Assembly (NCBI GenBank): GCA_035484495.1 | Contig: DATHOW010000187.1 | Location: 1-46,950 of the forward strand | Reading direction: 5' to 3' | DNA length: 46,950 bases | Source of the DNA: Bacteroidia bacterium | Lineage (GTDB): Bacteria; Bacteroidota; Bacteroidia; B-17B0; Aurantibacillaceae | In this document: in pieces, positions 9,145 through 18,641 of the stretch | Layout of the letters: each line of letters begins with the position of its first letter | How positions within the stretch are numbered: position 1 is the first letter of the stretch | Translations under genes and position numbers: made by a program | Notes under the pieces: model-generated | What the model was told of the DNA's origin: nothing | What the model saw: the letters and a program-made list of their open reading frames with translations, nothing else | Database searches by the model: none

Positions 9145-10137
9145 ATGCAAAAAAGTGTAGCCGTTATTGGTAGTGGTAGTTGGGCAACAGCTCTGGTAAA
9201 ATTATTATCAAATAATTTGCAAGAGGTTAACTGGTTTATGCGCAGCGAAGATGATTGTAAATATGTTGTGCAAAACCTGCACAACCCGCGCTACTTAAGT
9301 TCGGTACAGTTTAACGAAAACAAACTGAAACTTTTTTCGGATGTTGAGGCTTGCATAAAAAATGCAGACATTATTGTGTTAGCTGTTCCATCAGCCTTTT
9401 GCCACGATACCATAAAAGATTTACCTAAAGAATTACTTGCAAACAAAATTATTTTCTCAGCCATAAAAGGCATCATTCCACAATATAATTTAATAGTTGG
9501 TGAGTATTTAAACAAAGCATTTGAAGTGCCATTTAAACAAATTGGCGTTATTGCAGGCCCTTGTCACGCAGAAGAAGTGGCGCTTGAAAAACTATCTTAC
9601 CTAACCCTTGCTTGTACTGATATAAATAATGCTGAAACTTTAGCTGCAATGCTCCGTTGTCGTTATATGAAAGTTACCTGTAGTGATGATATCTATGGTA
9701 CCGAATACTCGGCTGTTTTAAAAAACGTGGTTGCCATTGCAGGTGGCGTTTGCCATGGTTTGGGTTATGGCGATAATTTTTTATCGGTCTTGGTTTCTAA
9801 CGCTATACAGGAAATAGAGCGATTTGTAAAAGCGGTTCATCCAATTGATAGAGATATAAAAGCGTCAGCTTACTTGGGCGATTTATTAGTTACTGCTTAT
9901 TCTCAATTTAGTCGTAACCGTATGTTTGGTGCTATGCTTGGCAAGGGCTATTCGGTTAAAATGGCACAATTAGAAATGAACATGATTGCCGAAGGATATT
10001 TTGCCGTTAAATGCGTTCACCAAATAAATAAAACCTATAATGTGGATATGCCTATAACACAAGCGGTATATAATATTTGCTACGAAAACATTTCTCCGGT
10101 AGTAGAAATGAAATTACTAGCCGACAAACTTTCTTAA
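9145..10137 (+). CDS. gpsA: NAD(P)H-dependent glycerol-3-phosphate dehydrogenase
   Basis: GSGSWATAL, GPCHAEEV, LKNVVAIA, GDLLVTAYSQFSRNR, AEG. Confidence 0.95.
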   Translation: MQKSVAVIGSGSWATALVKLLSNNLQEVNWFMRSEDDCKYVVQNLHNPRYLSSVQFNENKLKLFSDVEACIKNADIIVLAVPSAFCHDTIKDLPKELLANKIIFSAIKGIIPQYNLIVGEYLNKAFEVPFKQIGVIAGPCHAEEVALEKLSYLTLACTDINNAETLAAMLRCRYMKVTCSDDIYGTEYSAVLKNVVAIAGGVCHGLGYGDNFLSVLVSNAIQEIERFVKAVHPIDRDIKASAYLGDLLVTAYSQFSRNRMFGAMLGKGYSVKMAQLEMNMIAEGYFAVKCVHQINKTYNVDMPITQAVYNICYENISPVVEMKLLADKLS

Positions 10138-10407
10138 CTAATCAATAGTAGCACTTAAACCTTTTTGTAAAAGTGTTTCGCACATAGGTTTTAAACCCGT
10201 AAAGCTTCCTTTTTTAATTCCGCATTTACCATTGTTGTGTACTATATGAGCACATTGCTCTGCTTGCAAAGGGTTGTGACTACAAACATCTATTAATGTT
10301 TCAATTACAAAATCAAATGTGTTTACATCATCGTTATGCAGTATCAAATCACGAACTTGTTCGGTTTGTTTTTTAGCAATGGGTTTTTCAAGAACTTCAG
10401 TATCCAT
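10138..10407 (-). CDS. clpS: ATP-dependent Clp protease adaptor ClpS
   Basis: LILHNDDVNTFDFVIETL...QAEQCAHIVHNNGKC; start set at in-frame ATG 10407, with a -7-like TATCTTCG at 10424-10431 on the minus strand. Confidence 0.9.
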   Translation of the reverse strand: MDTEVLEKPIAKKQTEQVRDLILHNDDVNTFDFVIETLIDVCSHNPLQAEQCAHIVHNNGKCGIKKGSFTGLKPMCETLLQKGLSATID

Positions 10408-10596
10408 TTCAATAAGTTTTGTGCGAAGATACAACCTCCAATTAATTTGCAATGTAATCAAACACTAAGTTCAGGCTTTGTAAAGCAAAAATCAAGATTT
10501 AATTATTAATAAAAACCATTAGTCTGTTTTATACGACGGTTTATCGAAAAAAACTATTTTGCCATGTTTTTTTCTACATATGTTAATAAAATTCAA

Positions 10597-10604
10597 TAAA
10601 TTTG
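10597..10604 (+). promoter_or_regulatory. -7 box (TAAATTTG) upstream of T9SS cargo gene
   Basis: Exact TAnnTTTG ending 29 nt before ATG 10634. Confidence 0.55.
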
Positions 10605-10633
10605 GGTAAGATCAAAATTAAGTGTACCAAGTT

Positions 10634-13600
10634 ATGGTTAAAAGCTATCCTTTAATAATTACAAAAAGTAAGAGAATGGTTTCTGTCATTTTTGTGCTTT
10701 TCTCGTTTATTATTTTTAGTGCAGACATTAAAGCGCAGTGTACAAACGGCACACAAAGTCCTGGGAGCGCTCAGCTTATTCCTACAACCGGGGCGACTTT
10801 TACTGTTGCTACCAATACTACTGATTATTTTCTTTGTACAGTTTTAAGTGGTCAAAAGTATTTAGTTTATTCAAGCAATAATTCAGATGCTGTTACGGTT
10901 TGGGGAACATCTAACGGTGCAGGTAGTTTAGGTTTTGATGCCGGTGTTTTAGGTTATGTAGCTACGGCTGCTACAACAGGTACATCTATGTGGGTTGACC
11001 TTAATAAAGGTGGAGTTTGTGGTGGTATGGCGAGGGCAAGAACAGCATCTGTTGAGCTTTTACCATATAATGTAACCCTGCCTGCCGGCACAAACTGTAC
11101 AGGCACTACAATTACAATTACGGGTAATGCATTATCATTAGTTAGTCAGGTAAATTTTACGGGTGGTGTAAGTTCTGTACCCACTTCGGTAACAGCAACC
11201 TCCTTTAATGTAGTTATACCATCTGGCGCTACAACAGGACCTATTACATTAATAACTAATGATGGGACACAAACATATACAAATCCGGCTACCGCAAGCT
11301 CTATAACTATTGCTACCGCACCAACCATAACCAGTTACTCTCCTGTTTTTGGTGCGGCGGGAACTGTTGTTACTGTTATTGGTACTGGTTTTACGGGTGC
11401 TACTAACGTGCAGGTTAATGGTACTACGGCTACGGGTGTTGTTGTTAGTAGTACACAAATTACACTAACTGTGGCAGCGGGCACCACAACAGGGAATATT
11501 ACTTTTACAAGTGCATCTTGCGGAACAATGACCGTTGGTGTATTTACAATGCTTGCTAATTATTATTATAAAGGTGCCGGGGCACTTACTACGCTTGCAA
11601 ATTGGGGTACCAATACCGATGGATCAGGAAGTGCTCCGGCAAATTTTACGACTAATGCGCAGCAATTTAATATACGAAATACAGCTGCTGTAACATTGGG
11701 CGCAGCTTGGACAGTATCAGGTACCGGGGCTGGAGTTATTGTGGGCGATGGAGTATCGGTCTGCAATTTTACCATTCCGGCGGCATCTGCATTAACAGGC
11801 TCTATTTTAAATGTAAATGCCAATGCTACACTTACTTTACAAAACAACACGCTGCCTATTTTAACAGCTTGTGTATATGACCCCGCCAGTACGGTAGATT
11901 TTGCTAATTCAACTAGTACTACTATTCCTTTAACAAATAGCTATACTAACTCGGCTGTTTATGGTAATTTAACTATTTCGGGTACAGGAACCACTTATTC
12001 CTTTATAGGTGCAGTAGGTGGAGGGACAACATATACGGTTAGTGGAACGCTAAATATAAGCACTTCTAAAACAGTAGTTATGTTTGGCGGTGTTACAGGA
12101 GCTAACTCATATAGTTTAACGGTTGGAAATTATACACAAAGTAATGGAACAGTTGATGGAGGCCCTAAGAACTCTACAGACCCCGGGGGCAATGTCCCTG
12201 CGATTGATGCTTATGTTTATGTAACTGGAACTTTCAATAAAACAGGAGGCACCTTAACAGATGCTTCGCCAAATAACATATCTCAATTTATTTTTAATGG
12301 CGGTGGCGCACAAAATTTTTCTTTAGCACCAAGCACCGCTGGAACTAATTCGTATTGGACATATCGGGTTTCTAATAATACAACAGTTAACTTAAACACC
12401 AATTTAGACCTTGATGGTGGCTTTAGTGGTGGCACACAAAATTTTTTAACCATTGATGCGGGTTCAACGTTTAATTCAGGCACTAATTTAATTTCTACAA
12501 ATAATGCTGCTAATAGAACAGTTGTGTTGGTTAACGGCACATTACAAACAGCTAATACAACAGGTCTTTATGGCGGTGCAGCCACTACTATAACAAATGC
12601 AACAGCTATTGTACTAACACTTGGAGCTGCTTCGACTATTGAATATAATTCTGGTTCTGCACAAGTGGTTTCAGCGTTAGCAACATATGCTAATGTTACC
12701 ATAACTAATAATTCGGTAAAAACAGCGGCGGGTGTTTGTACTATGTCGGGGGTGTTGACAATAAACTCAACAGCCACCCTTGCAGGTAATACTTTTACCC
12801 ATAACCTAGCAGGTAATTTGGTTAATAATGGCACATTTACCTGCAATACAAGTACCATGAATTTTAATGGTACATTGGCACAGACCATAGGTGGTACATC
12901 AGCTAGTACGTTTTATAACCTTACCATAAACAATGCCGCAGGAGTTACTTTAGCTAAACCAACTACCATTTTGGGAACAGGTACAGTAGGTACTAGTGGT
13001 ACACTTGCTTTAACAACAGGGTTACTAAATACAGATGCCACCAATCTTTTAATTATGGGTGATGCATCAACAACACCTGCTTTGACCTCTGCGTCTACCA
13101 GTTATGTAAACGGCCCCATGCAATATCAAAAAGCAAGTGCTAGCACTTCGACATTAAATTTTCCGATTGGAACAAGTCCGGACTGCAGACCGTTTGTGCT
13201 TACGGTAAACCACACATCGGCCCTACAATATAACTACACTGCACAGTTATATAATGCTGATCCTTGGGCGGCTTTTAGCAGTGTGCCTACTGATATGCCT
13301 GCTACGGTTGATACAATTTCCGGGGTGCATTATTGGAAGATTGACCGTGTAGACAATTCAACTGGACTTCCATCATCATCAGCAAATTTAGGATATAGTG
13401 CAGGTGTTTACCCACTTATTAAGCTTTATTTTGGTACTAACGATCAGGTTTATCAAGGAGCTAACTTGACCATAGTGAAAAACACATCGGCCACACCTGC
13501 AACCTGGATTGATATAGGAGCCACTTGTGCAATTGGTAATTTTAATACCGGACAGGTTGGATTTGTAACCTCAACTACATCGGGCACACCGTTTAATTCA

Positions 13601-14209
13601 TTTTCATCGTTTAGTTTAGGAAGTAAAAAAACAGGTTGGGACCCTTTGCCAATAAGTCTGCTTAATTTTAGTGCTATACCAAATGGAGACAAGGTAGATT
13701 TGAAATGGGAAACCATTACCGAAACTAACAATGCTTATTTTACTGTTGAGAAAAGTAAAGATGGTGTAAACTTTACCAAACTAATTGATTTACCCGGCGC
13801 GGGAAATAGCACTAGTTATAAAGAATACGTAGAGACAGATTATCAGCCGTACATGGGCACATCTTATTATCGTTTAAAACAAACAGATAAAAACGGTGCT
13901 TATAACTACTTTAATATGGTGCCGGTTACTTTTACCGCAGCAGGACAACAAAGTATAGTTTTGTTTCCGAATCCGGTGACGGAAAACACTAGTGATTTAA
14001 CAGTTAAGGTGGTTGGTTATCAAAGTCAGGAAGTATTAGTTGTTTTAAGAGATGTGCAGGGTAAAGAATATTTATCGAAAGTGTTGTTAAGTGAAGATGA
14101 TAACCATGTGTTTATTGTTGATGGAACAAAATCGTTGCCCGCCGGTAGCTATATTGTAACAGCATCTTCTAATAATAAAATATACAATTATAAACTTATT
14201 GTAAAATAG
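10634..14209 (+). CDS. Large T9SS type A sorting-domain protein (IPT/TIG domains plus Thr/Gly/Asn-rich beta-strand repeats), adhesin-like
   Basis: Signal peptide ending DIKAQC; PTITSYSPVFGAAGTVVTVIGTGF IPT motif; PLPISLLNFSA linker; C-terminal LFPNPV...LPAGSYIV...YKLIVK. Confidence 0.88.
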   Translation: MVKSYPLIITKSKRMVSVIFVLFSFIIFSADIKAQCTNGTQSPGSAQLIPTTGATFTVATNTTDYFLCTVLSGQKYLVYSSNNSDAVTVWGTSNGAGSLGFDAGVLGYVATAATTGTSMWVDLNKGGVCGGMARARTASVELLPYNVTLPAGTNCTGTTITITGNALSLVSQVNFTGGVSSVPTSVTATSFNVVIPSGATTGPITLITNDGTQTYTNPATASSITIATAPTITSYSPVFGAAGTVVTVIGTGFTGATNVQVNGTTATGVVVSSTQITLTVAAGTTTGNITFTSASCGTMTVGVFTMLANYYYKGAGALTTLANWGTNTDGSGSAPANFTTNAQQFNIRNTAAVTLGAAWTVSGTGAGVIVGDGVSVCNFTIPAASALTGSILNVNANATLTLQNNTLPILTACVYDPASTVDFANSTSTTIPLTNSYTNSAVYGNLTISGTGTTYSFIGAVGGGTTYTVSGTLNISTSKTVVMFGGVTGANSYSLTVGNYTQSNGTVDGGPKNSTDPGGNVPAIDAYVYVTGTFNKTGGTLTDASPNNISQFIFNGGGAQNFSLAPSTAGTNSYWTYRVSNNTTVNLNTNLDLDGGFSGGTQNFLTIDAGSTFNSGTNLISTNNAANRTVVLVNGTLQTANTTGLYGGAATTITNATAIVLTLGAASTIEYNSGSAQVVSALATYANVTITNNSVKTAAGVCTMSGVLTINSTATLAGNTFTHNLAGNLVNNGTFTCNTSTMNFNGTLAQTIGGTSASTFYNLTINNAAGVTLAKPTTILGTGTVGTSGTLALTTGLLNTDATNLLIMGDASTTPALTSASTSYVNGPMQYQKASASTSTLNFPIGTSPDCRPFVLTVNHTSALQYNYTAQLYNADPWAAFSSVPTDMPATVDTISGVHYWKIDRVDNSTGLPSSSANLGYSAGVYPLIKLYFGTNDQVYQGANLTIVKNTSATPATWIDIGATCAIGNFNTGQVGFVTSTTSGTPFNSFSSFSLGSKKTGWDPLPISLLNFSAIPNGDKVDLKWETITETNNAYFTVEKSKDGVNFTKLIDLPGAGNSTSYKEYVETDYQPYMGTSYYRLKQTDKNGAYNYFNMVPVTFTAAGQQSIVLFPNPVTENTSDLTVKVVGYQSQEVLVVLRDVQGKEYLSKVLLSEDDNHVFIVDGTKSLPAGSYIVTASSNNKIYNYKLIVK

Positions 14210-14260
14210 GTTTTATGGTTTGTAGATTTTTTCTGATAAAACATTTTAAGACGTAGGTAA

Positions 14261-14289
14261 AAAGATAAGTACAATTTGTACTTATCTTT
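14261..14289. repeat. Perfect inverted repeat, 14-bp arms with 1-nt centre
   Basis: AAAGATAAGTACAA-T-TTGTACTTATCTTT read directly; overlaps the -7 box TATCTTTG (14283-14290). Confidence 0.92.
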
Positions 14290-14294
14290 GCCTT

Positions 14295-14747
14295 ATGCAA
14301 AATAAAAAAATATGGCGTGGTAATCCAACCCTGCAAGAGTTTGATTGGATGATGCACACAGGCAACATAGGCGCTGTGTTAGATATAAAGTTTCAGGAGT
14401 TAGGCGATGATTATTTAATTGCTACCATGCCGGTAGATGAACGCACAAAGCAACCATTCGGTATTTTGCATGGTGGAGCTTCGGTTGTGTTAGCCGAAAC
14501 TTTGGGTAGTGTGGCCTCTTTACTTTGTGTTGACAGAGAAAATTTTATTGGAGTTGGTTTAGAAATAAATGCCAACCATATAAAAGCTGTTGCATCGGGT
14601 AGGGTAAAAGGCATTTGTAAACCTTTGCACATTGGTGGTAGAACCCATGTGTGGGATATAAAAATTTACAACAGCCACGAGGAATTAGTTTGTGTAAGCA
14701 GATTTACTTGCGCAGTTGTAGCAAAAAAACTGCCAATTAATCAGTAA
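14295..14747 (+). CDS. Hotdog-fold (PaaI/MenI-like) thioesterase
   Basis: QPFGILHGGASVVLAETLGS, VGLEINANH, LHIGGRTHVW. Confidence 0.92.
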   Translation: MQNKKIWRGNPTLQEFDWMMHTGNIGAVLDIKFQELGDDYLIATMPVDERTKQPFGILHGGASVVLAETLGSVASLLCVDRENFIGVGLEINANHIKAVASGRVKGICKPLHIGGRTHVWDIKIYNSHEELVCVSRFTCAVVAKKLPINQ

Positions 14748-14749
14748 AC

Positions 14750-15271
14750 TTACTCGTGTAAAAATAAAGCTCTTAATTCCTGAGCTTCGTGCGGCTTCAT
14801 TTTACCGGCTAGTATTAAAGCTAATTGTTTACGGCGTAAAGCCCCTTCAAATCGAGATTTTTCTTCTTCTGTTTCCGGAATTAACTCAGGTACAGGTAAT
14901 GGAGAACCATTTTGGTCTATCGCTACAAAAGTATATATAGCTTCATTACATCTGCGTCTTTTTCCGGTAACCAAATCTTCAACAAACACATCAATAAAAA
15001 CCTCCATGCTTGAGTTAAATGCGCGAGACACCTTTGCCTCTAAAGTTACCACGCTGCCTAATTTTATTGGCTCTTTAAAAGATACGTTGTTAACCGTAGC
15101 AGTTACCACCACGCGGTTAGAATGGCGTTGTGCAGCAATAGCCGCCGCAGTATCCATCCACTCTAATAACCTACCGCCAAAAAAATTTCCTAAGGCGTTT
15201 GTATCGTTAGGTAAAATATGTTGGGTGCTTATGGTAAGCGATTCTGCTGCGCGTTTTGGGTTTAAACTCAT
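14750..15271 (-). CDS. Acyl-CoA thioesterase (YciA-like hotdog fold)
   Basis: PNDTNALGNFFGGRLLEWMD, VVTATVNNVSF, YTFVAID. Confidence 0.92.
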   Translation of the reverse strand: MSLNPKRAAESLTISTQHILPNDTNALGNFFGGRLLEWMDTAAAIAAQRHSNRVVVTATVNNVSFKEPIKLGSVVTLEAKVSRAFNSSMEVFIDVFVEDLVTGKRRRCNEAIYTFVAIDQNGSPLPVPELIPETEEEKSRFEGALRRKQLALILAGKMKPHEAQELRALFLHE

Positions 15272-16515
15272 TTTTTTGTAATTAAATCTTTAGGGTAACA
15301 AATAAAATACTTTTTTACGGTTTTTGATAGCACTTCTACATTAAGTTGATCACCGGCTTCGGCAATATCAATTATTTTTCCGTTGTTCATCGAAATATTG
15401 ATTTTCAAATTGTCGGGTTTGTAAGCGCTGTTTTCAACCTCGCCACTCACAACAAAAAACGAAGCATCTTTCTCGCTTATTTTATAATGCTTCATACATT
15501 TTGCAATCAATTCTTTTTTAGAAGACAGCTCTGCTTTTTCTCTTTTTAATTCTATACGGAACAATTTGCGATTTACTAAATTAGTACACAGTGTAGAAAG
15601 AATTTTATCCTCGTGCTGGGCCCAAACTTTTACAGAGGTAAAAATATCGTAGTCATCTAACAGAGCAAAACTATCGAGCAGGCCTGGTTTAGAAATAAAA
15701 TCTTTTTTCGAAAAGTTGTTTTTTAAAAATACCGATAGGGCTGGGGTAGCAAACAAATCAACCCCTTTAGCCGCTAGTTCTTTTGCGTGCACTAAAATCC
15801 CAACCAACATGTTTTCAGCAGATACTACTGTTTTGTGTAGATATACTTGCCAATACATTAATCTGCGGGCAATAATAAATTTCTCAATAGAGTAAATGCC
15901 TTTTTCTTCAATTACCAACTCATCATTTTTTACGTTCAGCATTTTAATAATGCGGTCGCTGCTTATAACACCTTCTGATACACCGGTAAAAAAACTATCT
16001 CTACGCAAATAATCAAGCCTATCCATATCCAATTGCGAACTTACCAATTGGTGCAGGAATTTCTTTTTGTATTTATTATTAAAAATGTTGATGGCCAATG
16101 TAAGTTTTCCCTTGTACTGCTTATTTAGTTGTTCCATCAGCAGCTCAGAAATGTCTTCGTGACTGACACCTTGTACGATGGCATGCTCTAAAGCATGCGA
16201 AAACGGACCATGACCAATATCGTGTAACAGAATAGCTATGTTTACCGCCTGCGTTTCTTCTTCTGTAATTTTAACTTGTTTAGATTTTAAAACATTAATG
16301 GCTTCCGTCATTAAATGCATGGCACCAATAGCATGGTGAAAGCGTGTGTGTAATGCGCCGGGATAAACCAAATTAGTTAAGCCTAGTTGCTTTATGCGAC
16401 GTAAACGTTGAAAATATGGATGGTTTATAAGCTCGTAAATAAAATCATCAGGCAGAGTAACAAAGCCATAAATGGGGTCATTAATTATTTTACGTTTGTT
16501 TAGTTGACGATCCAT
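15268..16515 (-). CDS. HD-domain phosphohydrolase (dNTP triphosphohydrolase/SAMHD1-like family)
   Basis: DPIYG, FQRLRRIKQLG, HTRFHHAIG, LLHDIGHGPFSH, DMDRLDYLRRDS, MYWQVYLHKT. Confidence 0.9.
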   Translation of the reverse strand: MDRQLNKRKIINDPIYGFVTLPDDFIYELINHPYFQRLRRIKQLGLTNLVYPGALHTRFHHAIGAMHLMTEAINVLKSKQVKITEEETQAVNIAILLHDIGHGPFSHALEHAIVQGVSHEDISELLMEQLNKQYKGKLTLAINIFNNKYKKKFLHQLVSSQLDMDRLDYLRRDSFFTGVSEGVISSDRIIKMLNVKNDELVIEEKGIYSIEKFIIARRLMYWQVYLHKTVVSAENMLVGILVHAKELAAKGVDLFATPALSVFLKNNFSKKDFISKPGLLDSFALLDDYDIFTSVKVWAQHEDKILSTLCTNLVNRKLFRIELKREKAELSSKKELIAKCMKHYKISEKDASFFVVSGEVENSAYKPDNLKINISMNNGKIIDIAEAGDQLNVEVLSKTVKKYFICYPKDLITKK

Positions 16516-16519
16516 TTTA

Positions 16520-17884
16520 CTAATTATATTTTCTAAATACAGGTTTAATGGCTTTGCCCACTAAGTATTTTTCAACTCCCTCATCAAGCGCTTTTTTATA
16601 AATCTGTAAAGCTTTTTCAGTTGCTTGCAATGTTAATTTTAACTCTTCTTCGCCATGAGCAAAAGAAAGTGCAACCCACGGTATGAGCACCCCGCCCTTA
16701 ATCATCTCTTGCGAAAAGAGTGTGCGGAATTCCATTGAAATGTTTTTTTCTTTATCACGTGTAAAATAAACCGGAGAAACCGGATATCCACCCACTTCAA
16801 AATACTCACTAAGTCCAAGTGATTTTGCAATGTCGTTCATGCCAGTAATCATTTTCTTTCCGTAATCCCAAAGATGGTCGGTTACATTATGTTGTTTATA
16901 AAACTCAACACATTTTATAAAAGCACCCAACGATGCCATTTCAGAACCATGCGTTGTGCTAATTAAAAAAACACGCTCGGCACCTTCTTCTAAAATGCCA
17001 CCCAAATTCATAATTTCTTTTTTGCCAATAAGGGCTGATAAGGGAAAACCATTTGCCATGCCTTTACCAAAGGTGGCTAAATCAGGTTCTATATCATATA
17101 ATTTCATAGCACCCTGTAAATCGTAACGGAAACCGGTAATCATTTCGTCTAAAATAAAAACCGCATTGTGTTTTTTGCAAAGTGCTTTTACTTGGTGTAA
17201 AAAGTTTTTTTCTTTATTACCACAAGTTTTACAATGTGGTTTTTCTAACATGTTTTTTCCACACTCGGCACAAGGAGAAACAAAAGTAGTGGGCTCTAAA
17301 ATAACACAAGCAATTTGGTTAGGGTTTTCGGTAAAAAGTTTTTCTACGGATTCAATGTTATTGTAATTGAAACGCAAACTACCGGCTTTATTCTCTGCCG
17401 GAATTCCTTTATCCATTGGTGTTGTGCCAATAAACCAATCATCGTAAGTAAAGAAAGGATGTTCAGCACAAATAGCCACATATTTTTTACCGGTATAAGC
17501 GCGCGCTAATTTTATGGCCGCTGTTGTAACCGTTGACCCACTTTTACCAAATTTAACCATTTGCGCCCAAGGGAATAAACTAATCATTAGCTCAGCCGCA
17601 TTTAATTCTGTAACCGAAGCACGTGTTAGGTTAGTTCCTTTTCTTATTTCTGCAATTGCCGCATCCGACACTTCTTCGTTGTCATAACCAAGTGTAATAG
17701 AGCGAAGCCCCATCCCATAATCCAAAAATTTATTTCCTTCGGCATCCCACACATAAGCACCTTTGCCTTTTTCTAAAATGGTAGGGGCGTTACTAGGATA
17801 CTGGTCGTCACCACGGCTATATGTGTGCGCTCCACCCGGAATAAGTTCGTGCAAGCGTTTTTGATATTCTTTATTTTTGCTCAT
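16520..17884 (-). CDS. Class III PLP aminotransferase (glutamate-1-semialdehyde aminomutase-like) of sugar-biosynthesis type
   Basis: IPGGAHTYSRGDDQ, DEMITGFR, TFGKGMANGFP (PLP Lys), STTHG; sits in a polysaccharide operon. Confidence 0.85.
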   Translation of the reverse strand: MSKNKEYQKRLHELIPGGAHTYSRGDDQYPSNAPTILEKGKGAYVWDAEGNKFLDYGMGLRSITLGYDNEEVSDAAIAEIRKGTNLTRASVTELNAAELMISLFPWAQMVKFGKSGSTVTTAAIKLARAYTGKKYVAICAEHPFFTYDDWFIGTTPMDKGIPAENKAGSLRFNYNNIESVEKLFTENPNQIACVILEPTTFVSPCAECGKNMLEKPHCKTCGNKEKNFLHQVKALCKKHNAVFILDEMITGFRYDLQGAMKLYDIEPDLATFGKGMANGFPLSALIGKKEIMNLGGILEEGAERVFLISTTHGSEMASLGAFIKCVEFYKQHNVTDHLWDYGKKMITGMNDIAKSLGLSEYFEVGGYPVSPVYFTRDKEKNISMEFRTLFSQEMIKGGVLIPWVALSFAHGEEELKLTLQATEKALQIYKKALDEGVEKYLVGKAIKPVFRKYN

Positions 17885-18641
17885 CTACTTCCTTTTGTTT
17901 TTCTGAATTATAATTCTCCCAATAAATTTTCTTTAAGGAGGCGTTAATTTCAAATAATTTATTTTCGGCTACAAATCTAATCAGTTCTTCATCCGAAATA
18001 GAAACAATTTTTTCTTTAAGCTGATTTATTACTTCGCAAAAAAATTTGGCGTCTTCTTCATAATCTAAGGTAAAACGCAAATCGCCCATTATATCATAAT
18101 TACCTAAAGCTTGCGTAAAGGTTTTTGGATTAGAAAAAATTCTTCCCCAACCGGTTTCTAATTTTTTATCGTTTTGTTTGTTTAAACTTTCTTCTAAATA
18201 AGCAACCGAGTAACCGCCTATATTCATTCCTAAAGGTAAACCGGCTATCGAAAAATAATTGTAAGATGGATCTGAAATCATTTTTTCATATACAACACGC
18301 GCAGCTTTTGTGCTGCACAGTATATCATCACCATCAATAGAAATTACATATGTGGCATTACATTTTTTTGCACACTGCAAATGCCTAAGCGGAATGTTAT
18401 TATCACTCCCCTGAATTACTTGGCAACTTGTTCCTTCTGTTGCAATAGTAAAAGCCTCATTACCCGGCTTTTCGGAAGTAGCAACAGCTAAGCAAACTTT
18501 TTGTTGTGCAATTTCTTTTTCAAACTCAAACTCAAAACGCTTTATCAACCAATACAACAAAGGTTTTTTATTTGCTTCTATTAAATGTTTTTTTGGTAAA
18601 CGGCTAGAGCCCATGCGGGCAGTTATAAGCAACGCTATCAT
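17871..18641 (-). CDS. SpsF-like cytidylyltransferase (CMP-Kdo/CMP-NeuAc synthetase superfamily)
   Basis: TARMGSSRLPKKHL, IDGDD, RFTLDYEED. Confidence 0.82.
   Translation of the reverse strand: MIALLITARMGSSRLPKKHLIEANKKPLLYWLIKRFEFEFEKEIAQQKVCLAVATSEKPGNEAFTIATEGTSCQVIQGSDNNIPLRHLQCAKKCNATYVISIDGDDILCSTKAARVVYEKMISDPSYNYFSIAGLPLGMNIGGYSVAYLEESLNKQNDKKLETGWGRIFSNPKTFTQALGNYDIMGDLRFTLDYEEDAKFFCEVINQLKEKIVSISDEELIRFVAENKLFEINASLKKIYWENYNSEKQKEVDEQK

Noticed and set aside
11146-13731. Several minus-strand ORFs inside the adhesin gene
   Set aside because: Val/Pro/Ala-rich reverse-complement shadows of Thr/Gly-rich codons
15268-16515. HD protein as an anti-phage dNTPase defence system
   Set aside because: It resembles the widely conserved Bacteroidota HD protein and has no defence-island neighbours
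16520-17884. Calling this gene hemL
   Set aside because: GGAHTYSRGDDQ replaces the HemL GGVNSPVR motif and the context is sugar biosynthesis
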